IMG/VR virus record: IMGVR_UViG_3300036975_000163
Coordinates: 1-34,044 of that record
Strand: one strand, 5' to 3'
Origin: a virus
Taxonomy: Duplodnaviria > Caudoviricetes
Length of the DNA stretch: 34,044 bases
Under the pieces are notes generated by a model that worked only from the letters and a program-made list of their open reading frames with translations, was not told where the DNA came from and made no database searches. Numbering within the stretch: the first letter of the stretch is position 1; every line of letters begins with the position of its first letter. Shown one piece after another: positions 27,015 to 34,044 of this stretch. The position numbers and the translations under genes are program-made.

Positions 27015-28342
27015 AACTCCTCGCTCATTTCCGTCATGCGATAAATCGATTTTCTGAAATCAATAAAAATGCTTCCAGTCTTTCCATCCTTGTTCTTCGC
27101 CACAATAAGTTCAAGCATCCCTTCAATGCCTACCAATCCGGGAATCGATTTTTTGGTATTCCAGTGCAGCAACGCCACAGTATGAGCGTCCTGTTCAATA
27201 ATCCCGGATCCCCGAAGATCCGTGATGTTCGGCTTTTCGTCTTTTCTCCCGGCCGGATTCCGGTTGAGCTGAGAAAGCAGTATCACCCCCATGTCCAGCT
27301 CTTTCCCCAGCGCCTTTAACCTGCTTGATATCTCCCCCAGCTCGTTGTTTTCCGTGTCGCGCCCGGGGCGCCGAATCATCTGAATATAATCTACGATCAA
27401 TATCCCCACGCCGTGCTCGTGCTTGTGTTTTTGGGTGATGTTCACAACGTCCCGGAGATTGATATTCGTATCATCGTTGATATAAATCGGATAGGCATCG
27501 TATACACCGATTGTGGCAACGATTTTGGACCATTCCTCATTCCTCACGTAACCATCCCTCACCCGATAGTTATCAACCTGAGCTCCAAAAACAATCAACC
27601 TCCGGGCGAACTCCTCCGCCTGCTGATCAAGACTGAAAAAAAGCACCGGTGTCTGTTTCGCCAGGTGCCCCATTATATTCGTCAAAAACGCGGTTTTTCC
27701 TGCACCGGGTCTCCCCGCCACCACGTGCATAGTCTTTTTCTGGATCCCGCCGTAAACAGCATCAAGATGTTCAAATCCAGTCAAAAATCCAGGAACCTCT
27801 TTTTCGCCCCCATGCCTGATTTTCTCATATTGCTCCTCTATTCGCTTAAATTCCCGTTTCAGGGGATGTTTGATGTGTTCGGTCCGATCCCGGTGTATCC
27901 CCAGACCTATAATCCGCGAAGCCATGTCATTGACAATTTCCTCAGGGTGCCGGTTGTCCTGAAAAGAGGACGTTATCGCGTCACGTCCTACCTCAATAAT
28001 CCGCCTGAGGATAGCCTTCTCCCGCACAATCCGTGCGTGATACTCGATATTCGCAGCCGTCGGAACATCATCCACCAGGCAGGATACATATCCTATGCCG
28101 CCGACTTTATTCAACTGGTCTTGTTTTTTTAACTCATCCGTCACGGTCAGAAGATCAACCGGCTCGTTTCGACCATATATCTCCAGCATGGCGGATAGAA
28201 TTTTCCCATGCGAATGGCGGTAAAAATCATGCTCACCCACCAGGTCAAGCGCCCGTGGAATCACACCGTTATCAAGCAACATCCCGCCCAGGACCGCTCG
28301 TTCGGCATCCAGATTGTGCGGTGGAATTCGATCAGACGCCAT
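27011..28342 (-). CDS. dnaB: Replicative DnaB-family helicase
   Basis: PPHNLDAERAVLG, PTAANIEYHA, AGRPGAGKT, IVDYIQ, LSQLNR and DLRGSGIIEQDA. Start chosen at ATG 28342 (GAGGGG SD). Confidence 0.95.
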   Translation of the reverse strand: MASDRIPPHNLDAERAVLGGMLLDNGVIPRALDLVGEHDFYRHSHGKILSAMLEIYGRNEPVDLLTVTDELKKQDQLNKVGGIGYVSCLVDDVPTAANIEYHARIVREKAILRRIIEVGRDAITSSFQDNRHPEEIVNDMASRIIGLGIHRDRTEHIKHPLKREFKRIEEQYEKIRHGGEKEVPGFLTGFEHLDAVYGGIQKKTMHVVAGRPGAGKTAFLTNIMGHLAKQTPVLFFSLDQQAEEFARRLIVFGAQVDNYRVRDGYVRNEEWSKIVATIGVYDAYPIYINDDTNINLRDVVNITQKHKHEHGVGILIVDYIQMIRRPGRDTENNELGEISSRLKALGKELDMGVILLSQLNRNPAGRKDEKPNITDLRGSGIIEQDAHTVALLHWNTKKSIPGLVGIEGMLELIVAKNKDGKTGSIFIDFRKSIYRMTEMSEEF

Positions 28343-28712
28343 AAATCCCCTCTTCCGAACAGTCGATTTCGGGATATTCAGGTGTCTCAACAAAACCGTC
28401 CCGCAGCATCGCTATCACAAAACCTCTCCTCTTTGGATATCGTCTCAAAATGTGCCTGTTCTTTGGCAGCGCATACCGATCAAAAAACTCATACACCCGC
28501 TTCCGGCCATGTTCTTTCACCAGCTTTCCGATAAACGGATAGGGGTTTTTCGGGTACTGCCCTTCAAGGACTGCTTGAAGAAGCGGGATCAAAAGGTCCA
28601 CAAAATCTCCCCACTTCATCTCCTCCAGTTCTGTGCTGGTGAATTTTTTTTGACTATTCAGGATATCCATAGTATTCATCTTCATATGCTCGGGTAGTTT
28701 GTATTTTTTCAT
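28332..28712 (-). CDS. Hypothetical protein (loader/initiator position)
   Basis: 126 aa overlapping the dnaB start. Function not recognised. Confidence 0.6.
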   Translation of the reverse strand: MKKYKLPEHMKMNTMDILNSQKKFTSTELEEMKWGDFVDLLIPLLQAVLEGQYPKNPYPFIGKLVKEHGRKRVYEFFDRYALPKNRHILRRYPKRRGFVIAMLRDGFVETPEYPEIDCSEEGIYGV

Positions 28713-28789
28713 ATTTTTGTTTCGTCGCTCCAGTTATATTCTGGCAACTCCATCCACCCCATAATCTTACGTGCTGTTTCAATGTTCAT
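28709..28789 (-). CDS. Small ORF, 26 aa
   Basis: GGAGG SD, MNIETARKIMGWMELPEYNWSDETKI. Overlaps the upstream stop and has an ATGA overlap with the next gene. Confidence 0.5.
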   Translation of the reverse strand: MNIETARKIMGWMELPEYNWSDETKI

Positions 28790-29159
28790 TGTTTGCCTCC
28801 TTTTCCAGTACGGCTATCAGGGCACGGAGTACGGCTTCTTCGGGGGTGGGGGCGGGCTCGGCAACTCCATCAGCAGTAACAAGCCACCCACCATCGTCTC
28901 CCAGTAAGGAAAAGTATTTCCGGTTAAGGCGACGGGGCACTTGTACCGCTTCTCTCAACCACCTCACAAGCTCTGAGAGAGGGGGGAAGTGGACTATAAT
29001 TTCTCCCCTATCCCTTCCTATGGCATAGTCGTAAGAATAAATCTCACTAAATTCATTCTCCATCACCACGCAATACCACCCATCATATACTTCCGGCACC
29101 ACCTCCATTAACTCGGCCAGTCGTTGACAAAGACCTATATACTCTTCTGAATAATTCAT
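28779..29159 (-). CDS. Hypothetical phage protein
   Basis: Start chosen at MNYSEEY (GGGGAG SD). P.LSELVRWL and TPEEAVLRAL segments are of a kind common in small phage proteins. Confidence 0.65.
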   Translation of the reverse strand: MNYSEEYIGLCQRLAELMEVVPEVYDGWYCVVMENEFSEIYSYDYAIGRDRGEIIVHFPPLSELVRWLREAVQVPRRLNRKYFSLLGDDGGWLVTADGVAEPAPTPEEAVLRALIAVLEKEANNEH

Positions 29160-29584
29160 GACTCTCCCCTGCATCATAATAATATTTTTCTTTCTTCCTA
29201 TCCGGCCCCGGAGGGGCCGCTTGGTGTGATCTTTACTCTCTGTACTTATTTGCTATGAGGGGGAAACTATACTTTTCTCCTTGGTTAGTATGTAGTAGTA
29301 AAACTTATATGTAGATTTCAACTCCTCAAGTATCCGCCTCTTCGAGGCGGGTTATTTTGTCTGTTGGGTTTTCGGTCTCATCGATGCCCTCGATCCCGAC
29401 TCCCAGTCCGAGCCCCCCTCCCCCAAAATTCAGTTCTTCCCGCACAGGGCGTACCTCTCCCGTTGACTTCGTACCTACTTTTCGCACGTAGCCTGTTCGC
29501 AAGTCATGACTCACTACCCTGATCAGGTGAATATCACACGCCGTTTTTATGAAGGTCCGGCACGACCTTAATTTATTGAAAAAA

Positions 29585-29929
29585 CTATTTCGGTTTGACT
29601 TTTTGGAGCTCTTCAAGAAGCTCTTCGATTATAGAGTTCACTGTTAAGGTGAATACGCTTTGCACAGCTGTATAAATCCGAGTGAATTCCATCTCTGTGA
29701 TGGTAGTTGCGAGCGAGGGTCTTTTTAAAGAGTGGAAGTCCAATCTGAATATTTTCGCTTTTTCAACAATACGGGAAGATAAATCGAAAAATATATCTGT
29801 ATTCTTTATAGAAACAGTCCAGCCCGGCGGATCACATACACACAACTTTCGACAAGCAAATAACTCAGGCTTGGATTCCAACAATTCACACAGGAAGTCG
29901 ACCAATTTTTCAGTATTTGGATATCTCAT
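29585..29929 (-). CDS. Hypothetical protein
   Basis: 114 aa, AT-rich, overlaps the RNA ligase stop. Confidence 0.55.
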   Translation of the reverse strand: MRYPNTEKLVDFLCELLESKPELFACRKLCVCDPPGWTVSIKNTDIFFDLSSRIVEKAKIFRLDFHSLKRPSLATTITEMEFTRIYTAVQSVFTLTVNSIIEELLEELQKVKPK

Positions 29930-30680
29930 TTTTTATAACCAAATGATATTTTTTGTATGTTTTCAGCGCCTCGGAATCGGACACCCACGAGTTTATGACC
30001 GGACGCTCCGATTTCAGGTACTTACCATCCTCCTTGTCCGGTTTCACGTATTTCATAATGAAGTTGAATGACCCATGCGTCTCAACCCGCCATACCCCAC
30101 CCTCATAACCGTCCAGGGCTGTTTGAAAGCCGGCGGGCGGCATCAGCTTTTTAAACTGTTCGATCGAACAGGCGGTCGATCCACGATACACGACACGTGG
30201 CCATGGAAAACAGGCACCGGACACAATATCACGCTCCGCCATCTCGTCGAACGTCACGCGATTGCCTTTCGGATTGAAAAGGTCAAAAATCAAAAAAGGC
30301 TCAACGTTGAGACAATAAATCGTCCCGTGAGCCTGGATACACCATTCACCGATCACCCGCTCCCCGTTTTTCAACAGAGATCGAAATCGGTCGCTGTTCT
30401 CAAACACCCACTCGGAAAATACATGATGCATTTCGTAGGGCGACGTATGGGCCAGATAACCAGCCCTCGTGAGCGGATACAGAACATTATCGACCATCGC
30501 CACACCCACGTTGCTTCCGTCTATCTTCTCGGTCACGATCAGATGATCACCCCGTCTCAGTTCATTCGTGGCGATCTCCTCCTGTCCCGGGTTGGCCATC
30601 TGGTCGCTCGGACCCAGCCGCGATCCACTCATATGAGGAATCGAGCCGTAGTTCTTTTTCCCGAGAGGTTTTTGAGCCAT
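29910..30680 (-). CDS. ATP-dependent RNA ligase family protein
   Basis: Nucleotidyltransferase motifs I (TEKIDGSN), III (IGEW), IIIa (FLIFD), IV (EGGVWR) and V (KYVK). Start chosen at ATG 30680 (AAGGA SD). Confidence 0.85.
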   Translation of the reverse strand: MAQKPLGKKNYGSIPHMSGSRLGPSDQMANPGQEEIATNELRRGDHLIVTEKIDGSNVGVAMVDNVLYPLTRAGYLAHTSPYEMHHVFSEWVFENSDRFRSLLKNGERVIGEWCIQAHGTIYCLNVEPFLIFDLFNPKGNRVTFDEMAERDIVSGACFPWPRVVYRGSTACSIEQFKKLMPPAGFQTALDGYEGGVWRVETHGSFNFIMKYVKPDKEDGKYLKSERPVINSWVSDSEALKTYKKYHLVIKNEISKY

Positions 30681-30698
30681 GTTCCTTACCTGGTAAAT

Positions 30699-30768
30699 TG
30701 GAGAGGGGCGACCGTGGGTACAGGGCACCACGGTCACGGTGGCTATCTGATGTCTTCACCTACCCCTC
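30699..30768 (-). ncRNA. Candidate tRNA-like structured RNA / leader
   Basis: 7-bp closing stem GAGGGGT/GCCCCTC followed by T-CCA, enclosing two hairpins. No T-loop consensus. Confidence 0.3.
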
Positions 30769-30900
30769 ATTATTCTTCTCATACGCCTATCAAGATACCT
30801 TTGTCAAGAAAAAAATGGCGTTGAAAGAATTTTTTATCCGCCTTGACAAATATTCTTGACATATTCAGATATCTTTTAAAGTTTTGATCTTGGACATGTT

Positions 30901-31086
30901 CTATGCCTCGACAAATATCTCGTCAACTTCACAACGATCAAATTTGTATTCCCTGCCGAAAGCATCTATGAAATAAATACGGTTCTCGTCGATCATCTCA
31001 ACATGCTTCAAATCCCTCCAGGTTGAGCGCATACCATTTATAGTTATTGAAACAGAAGGACAACCACTTCTAATTCCCATTACCAT
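30901..31086 (-). CDS. Small hypothetical protein
   Basis: 61 aa with AAGGAG SD. Confidence 0.65.
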   Translation of the reverse strand: MVMGIRSGCPSVSITINGMRSTWRDLKHVEMIDENRIYFIDAFGREYKFDRCEVDEIFVEA

Positions 31087-31280
31087 CTATTTCTCCTTAA
31101 TGTTAATTTTCCCCACCTATATAGGTCTTTTCCCAAAACATGAAAGGGTTGTTCATACCTTTAACCCTTTATTTTACATACCTGCACACGGGTTTAAAAA
31201 AATTGCCCCACGCGTGATAAGGGGTCGTGAAACATCAATCGCGTAAGCCTTTTTTCTGACTAAATCTGTCAGATTATTCA

Positions 31281-31300
31281 TGATAATGATTACCATTAAG
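31281..31300. promoter_or_regulatory. Fur-box-like site
   Basis: TGATAAT-G-ATTACCA has one mismatch to the 7-1-7 Fur consensus. Confidence 0.35.
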
Positions 31301-31716
31301 AGGATAACTGCCCGATATTATTGTGAACAAATTACTATTTGTTTTCAACTATTGAACATCCCCCATCAAGGGCAAGCCCGAAGCGGGTTATTGTTTAGCA
31401 CCTTACACAAAACCTACAAAATTGTAACATCCTACCATATGGTAGGTTTTTCGTATCCCCGCGCGAGGCAATCAGGTCGGTACATTGTGTTGCGTGTTCG
31501 TGCCTTGAAATGTTGACTGATTTACTCAAGATACCGCATTGCGGCAATGAGGGCCTCACCGTCATCATAAAGCCCTACTCCCCCGCCCCGTGTCCCGGAT
31601 CGATCGGGACCAGCAGCACAATGGTTTGACGGTCCCGGCTGCCTTGTCTGTGTGTGGTGTTGTGTTCCATGTTCTGATTATATCACGTCCTGGTGTTTCT
31701 CTGTCGCATGTTTCCA

Positions 31717-32100
31717 TTATTCTGGAATATCTTTTTTTCTTGTGTTCTCTCTCTTGTGTCTCTCTCCTGGTTCACTCTCCCCCGTTCCGTGTTTCCCGCC
31801 CCTGGTCAATCTATCCGCCAGCATCCTTTTACACTTCGAGCATGTTATATCCTCGGGGCTCATTGTCCATGATACCGACAATGGTATTTCCCTTGGCTGC
31901 TTATAACAAAGAGCAGTAACATAATTATCTGATCTATTGATGTCTGCATAGTGTACAAGCGTTGTTAGTTTCCATCCCTGATTTTTTGCATAACATGAGG
32001 TACACACTGTCACAAGTTTTCGGTCTTTATAACGTGGGGCCATATGTCCCGTTGTCAATGGCTTCCCGCAATCATAACAATATTCACTATATGATTTCAT
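31717..32100 (-). CDS. Cys-rich, putative zinc-binding protein
   Basis: CYDC, CTSC and CSKC pairs, AAGGGAG SD. Confidence 0.65.
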   Translation of the reverse strand: MKSYSEYCYDCGKPLTTGHMAPRYKDRKLVTVCTSCYAKNQGWKLTTLVHYADINRSDNYVTALCYKQPREIPLSVSWTMSPEDITCSKCKRMLADRLTRGGKHGTGESEPGERHKRENTRKKDIPE

Positions 32101-32229
32101 TCTGGGTACTCTCCCTTGTTGTTTTACTCCTGGAGGGCGGGCCTGGTGCTTTCTCCCCCCGCGTATTGCCCTGGGGCGGTGTTCTATGTTTTTACGTTTC
32201 CATTTTTCTGGAATGATTTTAAAGGAGAA

Positions 32230-32466
32230 TCAGCCCATTCTGAGGTCATCAATAGACCCGTCGTTTACCCCCGCTTTAACTTCCGACTCCCACTTGTCAA
32301 CCGCCGCCCTGAGTATCTCCATGGTGCATGAAATACAGATGTTCATACGGTAAAATTCAAGGCCGATAAAAACGGGAACAACAAAATCATTATGCATGAT
32401 ATTGCTTTTATAATAGTATTCATCGTCAGCAGCTATTCTCCTTTTGCATAAGTCGCATGCTTTCAT
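32230..32466 (-). CDS. Small putative zinc-finger protein
   Basis: 78 aa, CDLC...CISC. Confidence 0.6.
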   Translation of the reverse strand: MKACDLCKRRIAADDEYYYKSNIMHNDFVVPVFIGLEFYRMNICISCTMEILRAAVDKWESEVKAGVNDGSIDDLRMG

Positions 32467-32638
32467 TTTTCACCCTTTCCAATCTTTCGGAATGATCCGT
32501 TGTTGTCGCTCCTGGTGTTTTTTCTCTCCAGGGCGTGCGTGTTTCCCGGACCTGGCGCCGTGTCTCTCCCCGGTGTTATGGCCCGCCCCGGTGATGTTCT
32601 GTGCTTTTTTGTTTCCAGTTTTCTGGAAAATACCTTTC

Positions 32639-33121
32639 TCAGAAGCTTTTAAAAAAGGTGTATATTGTGTTCATGCTTTGATCAAGATAGTTATGCTCTA
32701 CTCCGGCAAATAGGATACCGATCAATTCCTTTTCCCATCCCGAATAGAGTTTATACACGTTCTCTATTCCATCACCTTTTCGTAGCTCAAAAACTTTTTT
32801 TTCAAATTTCCGCATGGCCCCCCTGGTCAACCTGATCCAGAGCAGCCCTGACGAAAACACTTCCTCACCCGAATCACAAATATATCGATGACCAGCACAT
32901 GATGATTCTGTGCAAAGAAACGGGAATGAATCATTTAAACTTTCGCACCAGTCGATCATCTCAATATCCTGAGCGCCAGTTCCCGGCCCATGTGATGCGT
33001 GTATTGGGGGGCATTCTTTCATGAATTCATGCCAATCTTTTATAAGCTCTTTTTTTTCGTTTTGCATCAAAAAGCGTTTTTTATTTTTTTTAAGTTTCAT
33101 GTTGGCAGTCTTCCCGGTCAA
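32639..33121 (-). CDS. Hypothetical protein with TYW3/Taw3-like N-terminal motif
   Basis: DIEMIDWCESLN...TESSCAGH. Start is uncertain (33121, 33100 or 33067). Confidence 0.55.
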   Translation of the reverse strand: MTGKTANMKLKKNKKRFLMQNEKKELIKDWHEFMKECPPIHASHGPGTGAQDIEMIDWCESLNDSFPFLCTESSCAGHRYICDSGEEVFSSGLLWIRLTRGAMRKFEKKVFELRKGDGIENVYKLYSGWEKELIGILFAGVEHNYLDQSMNTIYTFFKSF

Positions 33122-33620
33122 TTACTTCTATCTTCCCGACGTTTCCATATTATTGGAATGATCCCGCCCCTGGTCCCGGTGATCTCTCCGGTGTATTGTC
33201 CTGGTGGTGTTTTGTTTCCCGGTCCCGTTTCAATCTCCCCCCGCGATTTTCTTCTCCCCGATGATCCAGCTTTTCAATGGGACGTGATCACTTTTCTTTT
33301 AACGGGGCGCCTTGTCTCCCCCCTCGATGATCCGGTGTTTCTCCCCTGGGCGCTGGTCCCGGTCCTGGGGAGCCGTCCCGGTGTAATTACCTGAGGCGCT
33401 GCTGGAGGGGCGCTGGTCCCCTGGGGCGTCCCGATGTTTTCCAATCTTTTGGAATATATCGCGCCCGTCAATTACTCGTTTCTTCTCCCCATTCCAGGCA
33501 CACAGCCTTTACCTGTTCTGTGAGCAGCGGCGGCGCCGGGTACAATGACATAACGACACCGGCAAGAGCAAACAGGATCACCAGGGCGATCCGCCGTCCC
33601 CGTCTTCCTCCCCTGGTTGT

Positions 33621-33797
33621 CTATTCTATTTCTACTCCCTGATCCCGGAGATATTCCTTGATATAAAATCTGACTTGTTCCGACGTTTTCCGCTCGTTCT
33701 TTTTTGCTTCCTTTGTAATGTAATCATACAACGATTCTTCAAAGCGTACCGCTACCTGCTTAGCAAGAGGATTTTCTTTTTTTTGTCGTGGCATCAT
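33621..33797 (-). CDS. Ribbon-helix-helix (Arc/CopG-like) regulator, 58 aa
   Basis: Below the ORF-track cutoff. MMPRQKKENPLAKQVAVRFEESLYDYITKEAKKNERKTSEQVRFYIKEYL shows a strand-helix-helix pattern, with AAGGAG upstream. Confidence 0.8.
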   Translation of the reverse strand: MMPRQKKENPLAKQVAVRFEESLYDYITKEAKKNERKTSEQVRFYIKEYLRDQGVEIE

Positions 33798-33825
33798 TTT
33801 TTTCCATTACTCCTTTTTTTGTTTT

Positions 33826-33854
33826 TTTATAACACCGATCAAATTACATTACAA
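33826..33854 (-). promoter_or_regulatory. Putative promoter for the RHH / early operon
   Basis: TTGTAA-N17-TATAAA with an extended -10 TG. Confidence 0.45.
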
Positions 33855-33877
33855 GAGATATTTTTGACACCAATGGT

Positions 33878-33909
33878 ATTTTAATCTTATTTTAATCTAA
33901 TTTTAATCT
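33878..33909. repeat. Three ATTTTAATCT direct repeats with 11-bp period
   Basis: Exact copies at 33878, 33889 and 33900. Confidence 0.85.
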
Positions 33910-34044
33910 TTTTTTTCATTTTTCCCTTGACAGAATACGCCCCGCCGCCGTTTTTCACGCTGTCCTTTGTAACTTGTTGTTTTTATTGCGTTATCTCTTT
34001 TTATAAACGGTACCAATAACATCATTGTGTACATTATAACATAT

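Larger units (their letters stand above)
31712..33454. repeat. Six dispersed TTCCA-N6-(T/C)GGAA palindromes within degenerate GC-rich spacers
   Basis: Copies start at 31712, 32198, 32477, 32613, 33143 and 33439. Confidence 0.85.
1..34044 (-). mobile_element. Tailed phage / prophage genome segment (siphovirus-like)
   Basis: Co-oriented, tightly packed terminase, portal, protease, capsid, tail tube, tape measure and replication genes. No host housekeeping operon is visible and lifestyle cannot be determined. Confidence 0.95.

Noticed and set aside
29368-29386. Hammerhead ribozyme core (CGATGAGACCGAAA on minus strand)
   Set aside because: It does not match CUGANGA, and no flanking stems I/III were found.
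29326-29616. 96-aa ORF
   Set aside because: It has no clear SD or motif and overlaps a hairpin-rich region, so it is probably non-coding.
30699-30768. Canonical tRNA gene
   Set aside because: It has only two internal arms and no TTCRA T-loop or anticodon arm geometry. It is kept only as a tRNA-like candidate.
31712-33454. CRISPR array or integron attC sites
   Set aside because: Spacing is irregular (136-530 bp), the repeat centres vary, attC core sites are absent, and no integrase is in the window.

Overview
The window is a 34 kb segment of a tailed dsDNA phage or prophage (siphovirus-like: tail tube, frameshifted chaperone, tape measure, no sheath). Essentially all genes lie on the minus strand. 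In transcription order (right to left) it holds: an AT-rich control region with a small ribbon-helix-helix gene; small accessory ORFs separated by six TTCCA-N6-TGGAA palindromes; an RNA ligase preceded by a tRNA-shaped 70-nt fold; replication/recombination genes (DnaB, PD-(D/E)XK-fold protein, Sak4-like ATPase, RuvC-like resolvase); HTH regulators; and a C5 DNA methyltransferase split into two overlapping frames. A near-consensus promoter followed by a terminator then precedes HNH, TerS, TerL, portal, protease/scaffold and an N4-gp56-type capsid. Three glycosyltransferases (GT4, GT2, GT9-like) sit directly between the capsid and head-tail genes, followed by tail genes up to a tail fibre that runs off the left edge. 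No integrase, primase, lysis genes, CRISPR array or standard tRNA was seen. All family calls come from motif recognition by eye, not database searches.
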